Origin: Candidatus Atabeyarchaeum deiterrae
Lineage (GTDB): Archaea; Asgardarchaeota; Atabeyarchaeia; Atabeyarchaeales; Atabeyarchaeaceae
Length of the DNA stretch: 64,000 bases
Assembly (NCBI GenBank): GCA_037310415.1
Contig: CP147780.1
Coordinates: 1,152,001-1,216,000, forward strand
Direction of reading: 5' to 3'
The position numbers were made by a program, and so were the translations under genes. Below are positions 38,039 to 48,428 of this stretch, in pieces. Each line of letters starts with the position of its first letter. Position 1 is the first letter of the stretch. The notes beneath the pieces were generated by a model. The model saw only the letters and a list, made by a program, of their open reading frames with translations, searched no databases and was not told where the DNA came from.

Positions 38039-38351
38039 ATCCTCCTTCTAGATGACAACCATTCCAAAACAATAAACGTTCAGTCGCCGAATCATCATTT
38101 CAATTTCGTTAAGCTAAGCGTCTGAGGATGGCTCATACTATCTTCAGCTATTAACATTTATTTTAAGGTTACTATCACAATATGAGGCGTTATTTCTTAG
38201 GATTCTCGCACTCTCATCCGAGGTCAGGATAAAACGAGTATGAAGATCGTTATCCTAGCACACATGTCACAAACGCCTCTTAATGGAAGAGAGGGAGTGC
38301 GAAATAGAGCGTTTTGATCACACGACCGTGGCAAGTCATCTACTCTTTCTA

Positions 38352-39782
38352 TTATAGATCCAGAGAAGCATCATGATATTTCGTGAATATAGACAAAGCT
38401 TTGGCAGCTGAGCCGACGTTCTGGAAGCACGGTATCTCACTTTTCGTGAGTGTCCTTTCCAGTTTGCGAGTCTCCTTCTCGTATCCAATGTCGACCAATG
38501 CTACCAATACTGGTTTTCTAAGAATGAGTCTTATGTGATTCAAACCTTGCATAAGGGTACTCCAGATAATGGAAGGCAACTTGTAGTTCCGAATGTTCTT
38601 TGAATGTGAAACAAGGTAGAGCGGAGCGACTTCCACGATGACTGCATCGATATTTGAATCCTCGCCAATCCTTGTCATAACCTCGCGTAAGATATCAGGG
38701 TTATAGAATGACCCAGCAATATCAATAGGGTTGCTCACACTAGTCCCGACCCCTTGAACGGCCGACCTCAGCGCTTTCTTAGTCTCCTCTGCAAGCCCTG
38801 AAACTTGAAGTCCAGATTGGATAACAGCATCAGTATTCACAACGCTTGAGCCTCCACTGATTGAAACTAGGGCAATGCCTCTACCACGCGAAGGTGGAGC
38901 GAAAAGAAAGAGCTTCGTGGTGCCAATCAGTTCATCAAGTGATTCTACTTCGACAACTCTGGTTTGACGCATCACGGTCTCCCAGATCTCGGTAGACCCC
39001 GCCAGTGAACCAGTATGAGAGGCAACAGCTTTGCTACCTGAAGTAGTTCTTCCACCCTTCCAGACGATTACTGGCTTCTTCGCTGAGGCATTTCTCAGAG
39101 CATCAATCAGTCTCTGGCCATTCTTTGTCCCCTCTAGATAAGCTGCAATAATCTTCGTATCAGGGTCATTTGCCAAGTAGTTGACTAGTTCAGCGTCTCC
39201 AATGTCTACAGCGTTCCCATAAGACACAACCTTGCTGAAGCTTATGCCATGTCTAGGGCCTGCAAGTGTGAAACTTATCGACAGCCCGCCTGACTGAGAT
39301 ATGAAAGAAACTGAACCTAGTCTTTTCGACTGATCGAGGCGGAACGCTAAGCCGCTTCTCGGGCAGTAAACTCCCATACAATTTGGGCCAATCACACGTA
39401 CCTTTCCCTTGGCAGCCTTCAGAATCTGATCTTCGAGCTTCCTGCCTTCCTCACTTCCAGTCTCGCTGAAACCTGAAGAGAATATTGATGCGAACTTCAC
39501 GTTTTTCTCAGCGCAGTCGGCGATTATTCTTGGAACGATTTTGGCGGGAACAGAAACTATCACGTAATCTACCGATTCAGGTATCTCCAGAAGGCTCTTG
39601 TAGAATTTATTCCCTAGTGCTTGGTTTACTGCTGTGTTGACATAGTAAACCAGTCCCTTGAAGTCAGCGTTTTGGATCGAGCGAGCCCAGTAGAAGTTGC
39701 TTTCTCTTCTATCGCCTACAATTGCCAGTGAGCGGGGATTGAATAGCTGATCAAGCGGTTTAGACTCAGTCATTGTAAACAC
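38352..39782 (-). CDS. Acyl-CoA synthetase (NDP-forming), alpha subunit
   Basis: FNPRSLAIVG, SSGFSE, GPNCMG, SQSGG, ASHTGSLAG phospho-His, NPIDI. Confidence 0.9.
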   Translation of the reverse strand: MFTMTESKPLDQLFNPRSLAIVGDRRESNFYWARSIQNADFKGLVYYVNTAVNQALGNKFYKSLLEIPESVDYVIVSVPAKIVPRIIADCAEKNVKFASIFSSGFSETGSEEGRKLEDQILKAAKGKVRVIGPNCMGVYCPRSGLAFRLDQSKRLGSVSFISQSGGLSISFTLAGPRHGISFSKVVSYGNAVDIGDAELVNYLANDPDTKIIAAYLEGTKNGQRLIDALRNASAKKPVIVWKGGRTTSGSKAVASHTGSLAGSTEIWETVMRQTRVVEVESLDELIGTTKLFLFAPPSRGRGIALVSISGGSSVVNTDAVIQSGLQVSGLAEETKKALRSAVQGVGTSVSNPIDIAGSFYNPDILREVMTRIGEDSNIDAVIVEVAPLYLVSHSKNIRNYKLPSIIWSTLMQGLNHIRLILRKPVLVALVDIGYEKETRKLERTLTKSEIPCFQNVGSAAKALSIFTKYHDASLDL

Positions 39783-39937
39783 TGCCTTTGTGATAACGGT
39801 TAATGGGGGTTAAGTTGAGCGAATCTGAAAATCCGCGATGTGGGATTTTCTAGTATCTGAGGAGGTTATGCTTTAAAAATCCTAGCATGTTGGTTCCCCC
39901 ATAGCTTCGAGTTCCACGGAGGAATTCGCTTTAGCGA

Positions 39938-39985
39938 AAACCAAAAAAGTGGGGAATCGGGAAATCGCAAGGTTGTTGCAACCTT
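39938..39985 (-). terminator. Possible terminator (hairpin plus T tracts) after the 40012..41865 gene
   Basis: AAGGTTG/CAACCTT inverted repeat at 39969-39985 followed on the - strand by TTTTTTGGTTTT. Confidence 0.35.
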
Positions 39986-40011
39986 CCCCTATAGACTTAT
40001 TTGAAGACCCA

Positions 40012-41865
40012 TCACCGTTTTCCAAAGAATTTGCCGATAGCTAGCCCGCCGAGGAATGTGATCAAGGCGATCACTGCAAACGCCATACATGACACACCGA
40101 CGTAGAAATATTGTAGCGCTTGGCTGACGCTCAGCGCAAACCACGGTAGTCCAGGTCCATTTATTGTGATAAAGAAGGCAAAGACCGACTCGTACACTAA
40201 GGATACTATCACGAAGAATACTACTGCCCAAGTGATTGTCCTGAAGCCACTGCTCTTTTTGGTCTTTTCATTAAGATATCTGACCAGAAGTATGAAAACG
40301 AGTGCCGATGGAATGAATGCGATGAGAACTGGTACAAATGCTCTTATGATGAAGTCCGTGGCAGATTCGGGGAAGTAGCTTGCCGAGAATTTCCATCCTG
40401 TAAACCAAGTTGCTGCCATGAGGAATACGAAGTATATGCTTATCGAGAGAACTGTGATACCGAGGAACTGTCCTTCGTCTGAGACTGTTCCTTTCACCTT
40501 GTCTCGCCACTTGTAGAATAGCAGAGCCACAAGTATCGCTATGGCGCCCACAACTGTGGTGGCCAAGATTGCGTTCCATGTGACTTCGTCGGAGACTTTG
40601 ACATTCCATGACGAAGACAAAACAGATCTCGAAATATCCTCTGATATGAATGCTGTATCCCTAGCCGTGGCGTAGGACGTTCCTAGATAACTTATGTTGG
40701 CATTTTGAAGATCAAGCTTCGCTTGATCTAGTTGGTCCTTGTAGTCTGCGAGGTAACCCATCTTATTCACTTGAGTTGTTGCTTGAGCGAGTCGTATTGC
40801 TGCCAGGTTGATCCTGTAGATTGCTACTTGCTGAACGGAAAAACTCAGGGAATCGAAGAGAACTGTTCCAGAGGCATCTGATGGAACTTCCCATCCAAGT
40901 AAGGCTGCAACAGTTGGTGCAATAGAGTTCTGATGCTTGGGTTCTGCGTAGACGGCTGGGTTTACTCCTGGTCCTCTGATCAGTAGAGGAACATGCAGCA
41001 CCTCAGGTTCCGTACCGCCGTGACCACCTATGCCAACATGACCATGATCCGCAACGACTACCACTAATGTCTGAGCTAGTATACCCGCTGTTGAGTAGTT
41101 GCCGAGAATCCACTTAATGTAAGTGTCTTCGCTGACTATGGCATTGGCGTACTGAGTGCTTACTGAACCATACTTATGTGCGTACTCATCTGTGTCACTG
41201 AAATGCACGACCATGAACTTTGGCGTATACGTAGTGACAATATGCGATGCGTTGATAGCCACTAGACTATCACTGTAGTAACCCGGGGGGCTGTAGGTAT
41301 GCGTCACCCCATTCGTTGTATTGACGATGGTTGTTGGTTCCCATGGCGTTGAACTCGTGTACGTGACAGAGTAGTTTAGCCAAGGGTTGAACATGTCGTA
41401 CCACCAGCTGCTACCAACGACTGCCGTAGTGTTTGAGTGCCTGATGCAATCAGCCCAAAGCGAATCTCCTTTGAATATTCCTTCGTAGTCATTGCCAATC
41501 ACTTGGCTCTCAGAGGAGTTCACGCCCGAGGTGATTACAGAATAGCCTACCTTGCTGACACTGGTAAGAGTTGAGCATTGAACGTTCGTGTAGTTAGCCC
41601 ATGTTAAGGAGTCGATGTAAGGTTTGTCTGTATTGTAGAAGATATCCGCGCGTACGCCATCCAAGACGAATATTACAGCATATCTTGCGACAGGGGTCAT
41701 TCCCATACCACTGATTGACGAAACTGAGCCAACCGGAACATAGCTATAAGGGTCCACGTAGTGCGTGTAGGTAGAGTATCCATAAAGAATCGTCCCAATG
41801 GATCCCGCTGCGACCGCCGTGAGGAATATTGCGGCGAATACTATTGTGAAAGTTCTGCTTCTCAA
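40012..41865 (-). CDS. Alkaline-phosphatase-superfamily membrane protein (phosphodiesterase/phosphotransferase)
   Basis: N-terminal TM, DGVRAD, H..D.D...H..G, ADHGH..GGHGG metal motifs, about 5 C-terminal TM helices. Confidence 0.8.
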   Translation of the reverse strand: MRSRTFTIVFAAIFLTAVAAGSIGTILYGYSTYTHYVDPYSYVPVGSVSSISGMGMTPVARYAVIFVLDGVRADIFYNTDKPYIDSLTWANYTNVQCSTLTSVSKVGYSVITSGVNSSESQVIGNDYEGIFKGDSLWADCIRHSNTTAVVGSSWWYDMFNPWLNYSVTYTSSTPWEPTTIVNTTNGVTHTYSPPGYYSDSLVAINASHIVTTYTPKFMVVHFSDTDEYAHKYGSVSTQYANAIVSEDTYIKWILGNYSTAGILAQTLVVVVADHGHVGIGGHGGTEPEVLHVPLLIRGPGVNPAVYAEPKHQNSIAPTVAALLGWEVPSDASGTVLFDSLSFSVQQVAIYRINLAAIRLAQATTQVNKMGYLADYKDQLDQAKLDLQNANISYLGTSYATARDTAFISEDISRSVLSSSWNVKVSDEVTWNAILATTVVGAIAILVALLFYKWRDKVKGTVSDEGQFLGITVLSISIYFVFLMAATWFTGWKFSASYFPESATDFIIRAFVPVLIAFIPSALVFILLVRYLNEKTKKSSGFRTITWAVVFFVIVSLVYESVFAFFITINGPGLPWFALSVSQALQYFYVGVSCMAFAVIALITFLGGLAIGKFFGKR

Positions 41866-42392
41866 GTAATGTCGCCCTCCTTGTCTGAGATAGCTTTTCT
41901 AGCTACTCTATTAGGTGTACTACGCTGTCACCTACCCATGCTATAATGGTTACGATTCCCTGGGATTCCAAGATCAGTCGTCCCTTCTCGTTGCATCTAG
42001 CTGGCTGAGATTCTTCAAAATGCATTCTGGCTAGCTCTAGTTTCTACTCCAGAATAATTGATGAGATTTGCGTCAGACTCACGAATGTGAGGCTTGAGTC
42101 TCCCACTTCGAAGATCCGCCAAGCACCGGTGAGGAAATACTAGGAATCGCTCATTCGCTAGCTGAGAACTCAACAAGACATGTGTAAATGGTTCTCAACT
42201 CAATTCAGTTATGAATTCGTTCATGTGGGAGCTAACTTAATGAGTTTGGATGATTCCAAAAAAGTCCCACCAAAGTTGAGTCAGGACTCTCCAATCTCTT
42301 GGAAGCCCCTTCCGGGATCCGTGTGAGACAACTGAATGGGAACGACAGAGATACCTTGAGACTTTCTGACAAAGCTTGGGAGACCCTTCTTC

Positions 42393-42995
42393 TTAGAGCG
42401 CCATTGTCTCCCCTATCTTGAGAATCTTCACTTTGAAACCCTTCTTCTCCGCCTTAGCTTTGAATTCATTTGGATCGGTTTTGATCTGAGGTAATGTGCC
42501 ATAGTGCATCGGAATCGCGAGCTTGGGTGAGATCACCTCTAGGGCTTTGACAGCCTCGTCAGCGTTCATTGTGAAATACCCACCGATTGGAAGTAGCAGA
42601 AGGTCAATGTTTGGTAGTTTCTTCACACCATCAATGTAGGTGTCTCCCAAATGAGCAATCCTCTTACCTTCGAGTTCGAATATATATCCAGTTGGGTATG
42701 GGTCTTGATGATGGCTTGCCGAGATCATTTCTGTGTTAATTCCTTCAACGACTTTCTTGTCTCCAACCTTCATGAAGACAGCCTTCTTGAACTTACAGGT
42801 TGATGGACACACGACTGTGCAGTCAAATCGCTTTGCATCGGCGTGGTCGAAGTGACTATGCGTAACGAGAACAAGGTCAGGTTTTCCTGTGTATTCTGGT
42901 GCTAGTTCATTACCAGAAAAGAACGGGTCAATTAGTATGGTCTTGTTTTGTGTCTTAAACTCAAAACATGCATGACTAAGATAAGTTATTCTCAT
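42393..42995 (-). CDS. Metallo-beta-lactamase-fold hydrolase (UPF0173-like)
   Basis: IDPF, THSHFDH, GDT, LPIGG.FTM, PMHYGT. Confidence 0.88.
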   Translation of the reverse strand: MRITYLSHACFEFKTQNKTILIDPFFSGNELAPEYTGKPDLVLVTHSHFDHADAKRFDCTVVCPSTCKFKKAVFMKVGDKKVVEGINTEMISASHHQDPYPTGYIFELEGKRIAHLGDTYIDGVKKLPNIDLLLLPIGGYFTMNADEAVKALEVISPKLAIPMHYGTLPQIKTDPNEFKAKAEKKGFKVKILKIGETMAL

Positions 42996-43244
42996 GAGTC
43001 GATCTTCTCCTCCAATCTGCAAAATGGCGGCTACTCTGAATTCCCCTGGGTTCTCTTAGCTGCTTTGCAGCATGTATCTTCAGTGTGAACCCACCTATTA
43101 TAAGATTAGTGCCGCTAATCTCATTAGCAGTCTTTTTTACTATGCCTCGTGAATGTACTACGAGACAACGACCAACGTTTAAAACCGACCTTGGCGTCAT
43201 ACAGTAAGCTAGAAGTGGATCACGATTATTGGAGTGACGGTAGA

Positions 43245-46200
43245 ATGTTCAACATGAAGACTGAACCGAGGATCACGGACAACGCTATGAAAGTGCTGGA
43301 GAAGAGATATCTCGCCAGAGATGAGGTCGGCAGAGTGATAGAAACACCTGATGGCATGTTCAGAAGAGTGGCTCACAACATCACCTTGGCCGAGCTCAAA
43401 TACAACCCGAAAGGGGATCTCAGGAAAACTGAGGAAGAATTCCATAAGATAATGAGCAGCTTGGAGTTCATACCGAATTCTCCAAGTCTAATGAACGCTG
43501 GTCGAGAACTCCAGCAGCTTTCAGCGTGCTTCGTTCTCCCTGTCGAGGACTCACTTGACGGGATCTTTGAGACATTGAAATTGACTGCCCTAATTCACAA
43601 GTCGGGAGGAGGAACGGGATTCTCATTCTCTAGATTGCGGCCAAAGAATGATCTCGTGAAATCAACAATGGGTGTCTCAAGTGGGCCTATCTCATTCATG
43701 AAAGTTTTCAATTCTGCAACTGAAGCAATAAAGCAAGGTGGAACCAGAAGAGGCGCCAACATGGGGATCCTCCGCATAGACCACCCCGACATAATCGACT
43801 TCATAACAGTGAAGTCAGACGAAAAAGAGCTAACAAACTTCAACATCTCCGTCGCACTGACAGACAAATTCATGCAATCCGTCGAAAAAGATGAAGAATA
43901 CGATTTGGTGAACCCAAGAGACCGCAAGCCTGTCAAGAAGTTGCACGCAAGAGAAATCTTCAACCTAATAGCCCAAATGGCATGGAGAAGTGGAGAGCCA
44001 GGGATAATATTCCTCGACCGAGTGAACGATGCAAACCCGACACCGAGTCTTGGGGAGATCGAAAGCACTAACCCGTGTGTGGCTGGGGACACTCTGATCG
44101 CCGTTGCCGATGGTAGAAACTCTGTGAAAGTCGCTGACTTAGCTAAAGTGGGGAGTGATGTTCCAGTCTATACATGGTCTGGTGATGGTGTTGTGGTTAG
44201 AATGGCAAGGCATCCAAGGAAAACGAGAAGTGGTGCGAGAATAGTGAAAGTTGGATTCACAGATGGTAGTGTAATCAGATTGACGAGTGACCATAGGGTT
44301 ATGCTTAAAGACGGAAGCTACCAGACTGCTGGCGAGTTGAAGTCAGGCGATAGAATTATGCCATTCAATAAGATCCAGTATTCTGAGAGCGAGGAAAAAG
44401 GAAAGTACTGGTGTGTTCATCAGAACAATGGGGTCTATCATCGAGGAGAGCATAAGTTAATTGCGGAGTATCTCTTGGGAAGGTCTCTCGGCGTTGATGA
44501 GGTGGTTCATCACAGAGATTTTGATACTTTGAAAAACAATTGGGATAATCTGGAAGTCATGAGCGCTGAGCATCATGGTAGGTTGCATGGAGACAGGATG
44601 AAAGGTTTGAACAATCCATATCATAGAGTGCCTTCAGTGAGGCAGAAGCTACTTGTCTCTAGAATGCATTATGGCGAAGACAATGGTATGTTTGGCAGAC
44701 GGCATTCCATTGAGACAAAGAAACTGATTGGCGAGAAGACAAAGGAGAGATTCTCTAAGGGCGAATTCAAAGAGTATTTTAGAGCTTTGATGACTAATGT
44801 TATGCGTGATTCTGATGTAAGAGGGAAGATTAGTGAATCCGCTACGCGACGGTGGCAAAGCAGTCACGTTTTGTCCAAGTGCCCAGTATGTGGAGAAGTA
44901 GTGAGCTATACCAAATCGAAGCCCCAAATCTGTTGTTCCCATTCTTGTTCGAGCATATATCGCTCTTGGAGAGCTAGCGGGGTTAGGGAGCTCAATCATG
45001 TCGTTGAGTCGGTAGAAGATGATGGCCTTGCAGATGTATATAATCTGACTGTTGATGATTATCATAATTTCGCCGTGGTTACGAGGGACTATGTTAGTGA
45101 AAAGGGCAATAAGAAACTCAGTGGAATAGTCGTGGCAAATTGCGGCGAGCAGCCTTTGTTGCCTTACGAGTCATGTAACCTAGGCTCATTGAACTTGTCT
45201 CAAATGTTGGTTAAAGAAGCGAGAAGTGGGAAACTAGTTATTGACTTCGAGAAGCTGGGTGGCGCCGTCAAAGCTGGTGTTCGTTTCCTCGACAATGTGA
45301 TCGACATGAATAGATATCTTGTCAAAAAGATTGAGGAGACAACTCTCGGCAATAGGAAGATTGGCTTGGGTGTAATGGGCTTTGCTGACATGCTCATAGC
45401 ACTCGGTATCCCTTATGACTCCGATGAAGCTGTCGAGACTGCTGAGAAGCTCATGAAATTCATCCACGTGAAGGCTGTAGAGGCTTCAGTGGATCTCGCT
45501 GAAGAAAGAGGTGTGTTCCCCAATTTTGAAAAGAGTGTCTATTATAGAAATGGCCCGAGATTGAGAAATGCGACTCTCACGACTGTCGCTCCTACTGGAA
45601 CCATTTCGATTATTGCTGGCTGCTCGAGTGGGATCGAGCCGCTTTTTGCCCTTGCCTACGTGCGGCACGTACTCGACAAAGCTGATTTGGCCGAGGTCAA
45701 CCCTCTGTTCGAGAAGGTTGCAAAGGAAGAAGGCTTCTACAGCGAAGAATTGATGAAGGAGATCGCAGAGGAAGGTTCAATACAGAATATCCCCGACATA
45801 CCTGATCATGTCAAGCGCGTATTCGTCACTGCGCACGATATTTCACCTGAGTGGCATGTCAGACTTCAAGCAGCCTTTCAGAAACACACTGACAATGCTG
45901 TCTCAAAAACCGTCAATTTTAAGAGCACAGCGAGTGTTGATGATGTCCGAGAAGCCTTTCTCCTGGCATACAAACTCGGATGCAAGGGGATAACGGTCTA
46001 CCGGGACAAAAGCAGGGAGGAACAAGTGTTGACAGTGGGACTACAGAAGGAACCGAAGGAAGAAAAAGACGAGGAACAAACAGAAGAAGAACTAAGAGGA
46101 AAAATAGTGCCGCGAAGCCGACCGCAGATAACCTCTGGAAAAACATACAAAATGATGACTGGATGCGGCAACCTCTACGTGACAATAAACCAAGACGAAA

Positions 46201-46595
46201 AAGGACTATGTGAAGTCTTCACACATATCGGCAAAGCCGGGGGATGCGCTGCAGCTCAATCTGAAGCTGTAAGTAGGATGATCTCACTCGCTTTGCGTTC
46301 GGGTGTGGACGTTGATTCAGTCATAAAACAATTAGGTGGAATTCGTTGCACATCGCCAAGAATAAGCGAGGATGGGACAATAATGTCATGTCCGGATGCC
46401 ATAGGGAAAGCTCTCTCAAAACACATCGGAAAGAAACCTCCAAACAATAGCGGCTCGCTGAGCATGACTGAGCCTCTCGTTAAGGTTGGCGGTGTTAAGG
46501 GCTATGCTGGAGTTTGCCCAGACTGCGGAGAAGTCCTCGAATACATTGAAGGATGCGTCCTCTGCCATTCTTGTGGATATTCAAAATGCCTCTGA
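43245..46595 (+). CDS. nrdJ: Adenosylcobalamin-dependent ribonucleotide reductase (class II) with intein, C-terminal SCPD domain and Zn ribbon
   Basis: PNSPSLMNAG, LSACF, RRGANM, TNP/CGEQPL, CNLGS, APTGTIS, KGITVYR, SCPD, C-terminal CxxC pairs. Confidence 0.95.
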   Translation: MFNMKTEPRITDNAMKVLEKRYLARDEVGRVIETPDGMFRRVAHNITLAELKYNPKGDLRKTEEEFHKIMSSLEFIPNSPSLMNAGRELQQLSACFVLPVEDSLDGIFETLKLTALIHKSGGGTGFSFSRLRPKNDLVKSTMGVSSGPISFMKVFNSATEAIKQGGTRRGANMGILRIDHPDIIDFITVKSDEKELTNFNISVALTDKFMQSVEKDEEYDLVNPRDRKPVKKLHAREIFNLIAQMAWRSGEPGIIFLDRVNDANPTPSLGEIESTNPCVAGDTLIAVADGRNSVKVADLAKVGSDVPVYTWSGDGVVVRMARHPRKTRSGARIVKVGFTDGSVIRLTSDHRVMLKDGSYQTAGELKSGDRIMPFNKIQYSESEEKGKYWCVHQNNGVYHRGEHKLIAEYLLGRSLGVDEVVHHRDFDTLKNNWDNLEVMSAEHHGRLHGDRMKGLNNPYHRVPSVRQKLLVSRMHYGEDNGMFGRRHSIETKKLIGEKTKERFSKGEFKEYFRALMTNVMRDSDVRGKISESATRRWQSSHVLSKCPVCGEVVSYTKSKPQICCSHSCSSIYRSWRASGVRELNHVVESVEDDGLADVYNLTVDDYHNFAVVTRDYVSEKGNKKLSGIVVANCGEQPLLPYESCNLGSLNLSQMLVKEARSGKLVIDFEKLGGAVKAGVRFLDNVIDMNRYLVKKIEETTLGNRKIGLGVMGFADMLIALGIPYDSDEAVETAEKLMKFIHVKAVEASVDLAEERGVFPNFEKSVYYRNGPRLRNATLTTVAPTGTISIIAGCSSGIEPLFALAYVRHVLDKADLAEVNPLFEKVAKEEGFYSEELMKEIAEEGSIQNIPDIPDHVKRVFVTAHDISPEWHVRLQAAFQKHTDNAVSKTVNFKSTASVDDVREAFLLAYKLGCKGITVYRDKSREEQVLTVGLQKEPKEEKDEEQTEEELRGKIVPRSRPQITSGKTYKMMTGCGNLYVTINQDEKGLCEVFTHIGKAGGCAAAQSEAVSRMISLALRSGVDVDSVIKQLGGIRCTSPRISEDGTIMSCPDAIGKALSKHIGKKPPNNSGSLSMTEPLVKVGGVKGYAGVCPDCGEVLEYIEGCVLCHSCGYSKCL
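44076..45140 (+). mobile_element. Intein (355 aa) with HNH homing endonuclease, NUMOD3-like repeats and Cys cluster
   Basis: Splits NP|CGEQ. Block A CVAGDT, block B TSDH, block F VYNLTV..HNF, C-terminal VVAN followed by extein Cys. Internal EHKLIAE..VVHHRD..NN..NL. Confidence 0.92.
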
Positions 46596-46653
46596 CAATC
46601 CTTACTAAGCGCTTCAGTCGTTTTTCGACTTAAGCCAGTATCTTTTCCTACTA

Positions 46654-47535
46654 TCAGAGTACCTTAGTAAACAATAGGTAAACTGCAATTAGCAGCATCG
46701 TTATGCCAAAGACTCGTTCGAGGGCTGAGGATTTCAATCTCTTGGCCACACGAGCCCCAACCTGTGCTCCAACGACGATCCCTATTATGAGGAACAGTGC
46801 ATAGTCATACATCACATTCCCTAACAGGATATGCGTCATCCCACTTGACGTCGACGTGAAGATCATTGTAAACATACTTGTGGCAACTGCCAGATGCAGA
46901 GGCAGACCAGCAATGATCTGCAAAGCTGGGACTATCACGATTCCTCCCCCGATCCCGAACAGGCCAGAGAGGAAACCTGCCAGAAAGAAGAATGGAAGGG
47001 CTGGTAACACCTTTGAATAGTACACGAATTTGTGACCCATTGCATCAATGATTTCAGTTCTTAGCCTATGACCAGAGTAGTCTCGTGTCGCGCTACTTTT
47101 CCTCCTGCTGCGATCTGCAGGGATTGCTTTCTTTTCGTCTCTTGGTCCTACATCCTTGCTTTTCTCTCTGGGGAAGAAAACCATCTTTATTCCGACTATT
47201 AGAAGGGCGATGGCGAATAACAGCGCAAGCTGCGAGGATGCAATGAAATTCGTGGCGTATCCCCCAAGTATTGCTGCTGGAACTGAAAGACTGGCCGCTA
47301 TTATCCCTATCCTGTAGTCGATCCTCTTCTGCCTAAAATATGCAACCGACGCTGAGATAGCTGAGAAGATTATAACGAAAGCACTTGTTCCCACCGCTGT
47401 CTGAGTCCTCAGACCCATGTATGCGAGCATGAATGAGACCATGATGAATCCTCCCCCAACGCCAACTAAGGCTGATAGGACTCCTGTTCCGAGAGCAACA
47501 AGAAGGATGATTAGGGGCAATGTGAGATCAATCAT
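46654..47535 (-). CDS. TauE/SafE sulfite exporter family membrane protein
   Basis: Duplicated GVGGG/GIGGG..VP motifs, AVGTS/AVATS, about 8 TM helices. Confidence 0.88.
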   Translation of the reverse strand: MIDLTLPLIILLVALGTGVLSALVGVGGGFIMVSFMLAYMGLRTQTAVGTSAFVIIFSAISASVAYFRQKRIDYRIGIIAASLSVPAAILGGYATNFIASSQLALLFAIALLIVGIKMVFFPREKSKDVGPRDEKKAIPADRSRRKSSATRDYSGHRLRTEIIDAMGHKFVYYSKVLPALPFFFLAGFLSGLFGIGGGIVIVPALQIIAGLPLHLAVATSMFTMIFTSTSSGMTHILLGNVMYDYALFLIIGIVVGAQVGARVAKRLKSSALERVFGITMLLIAVYLLFTKVL

Positions 47536-47621
47536 AGCAACATCACTCTTCTTACGAAAAGCTTCAACTAGGATATATTCGTATATGTGTCGTCTGATGA
47601 CACAAGGGAAGATGAAACAAG

Positions 47622-48425
47622 ATGAAGAATGAAGGTCTGATATTTGACATCAAGAGGTATTCCCTTCACGATGGTCCTGGTATTCGCACAACGATTTTCA
47701 TGTGTGGATGCCCTTTGACTTGTTGGTGGTGTCAGAATCCCGAAGGTCAGAAACTGGATCTTGAGGATGTTCTCAAAATACGGTACAATAGTAAATCGTC
47801 CCTGACCCACACAAAAGAACTGATTGGCAGAGAGGTTAGTGTCAACGAAGTCATATCTGAGATTGAAAAGGATCGCGTCTTTTATGAGGAATCAGGCGGG
47901 GGAGTCACTTTTTCTGGAGGAGAGCCCTTTACGCAGCATAAGTTCTTGAATGGTCTCTTGGACGCTTGCCAGAAACTCAGGTTTGCCACAGCGCTAGAAA
48001 CATGTGGGTATGCGATCTGGGAGGTAGTAAGAGAAGTCAAGGACAAGATAGACCTGTTTCTCTATGACCTGAAGCTCATTGATGACAGAGAGCATCAAGA
48101 ATTCACCGGTGTTTCCAACAAACTAATATTATCTAATCTGAAAAAGCTGGATCATGAGGGGAAGAACATTATCATTAGGTTCCCAGTCATTCCTGAAATC
48201 ACCGATAAAGAGCAGAGCATCCACGGAATGGTAGAATTCATGAGAAGCCTCAAATCCGTCAGAGAAATCGACCTTCTTCCATACAATAAACTGGGGAAAG
48301 GTAAGTATGAGAAATTGAATCGGTTGAACCGATTGGCACATCTAGAGACGCCATCACCTGAGAGGTTGAACCAATTGTCGGAAAGATTTAAGGTACTGGG
48401 ACTCAAGGTCAAGATCGGGGGCTAA
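47622..48425 (+). CDS. Glycyl-radical enzyme activating enzyme (radical SAM)
   Basis: HDGPGIRT, CPLTCWWCQNPE, GGVTFSGGEP; no ferredoxin insert. Confidence 0.93.
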   Translation: MKNEGLIFDIKRYSLHDGPGIRTTIFMCGCPLTCWWCQNPEGQKLDLEDVLKIRYNSKSSLTHTKELIGREVSVNEVISEIEKDRVFYEESGGGVTFSGGEPFTQHKFLNGLLDACQKLRFATALETCGYAIWEVVREVKDKIDLFLYDLKLIDDREHQEFTGVSNKLILSNLKKLDHEGKNIIIRFPVIPEITDKEQSIHGMVEFMRSLKSVREIDLLPYNKLGKGKYEKLNRLNRLAHLETPSPERLNQLSERFKVLGLKVKIGG

Positions 48426-48428
48426 CCG

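Noticed and set aside
42128-42390. RNase P RNA (GAGGAAA at ~42131) or SRP RNA (CCC-GGAA-GGG on the - strand)
   Set aside because: The P4 partner strand and the CAGG/AGCA internal loop are absent.
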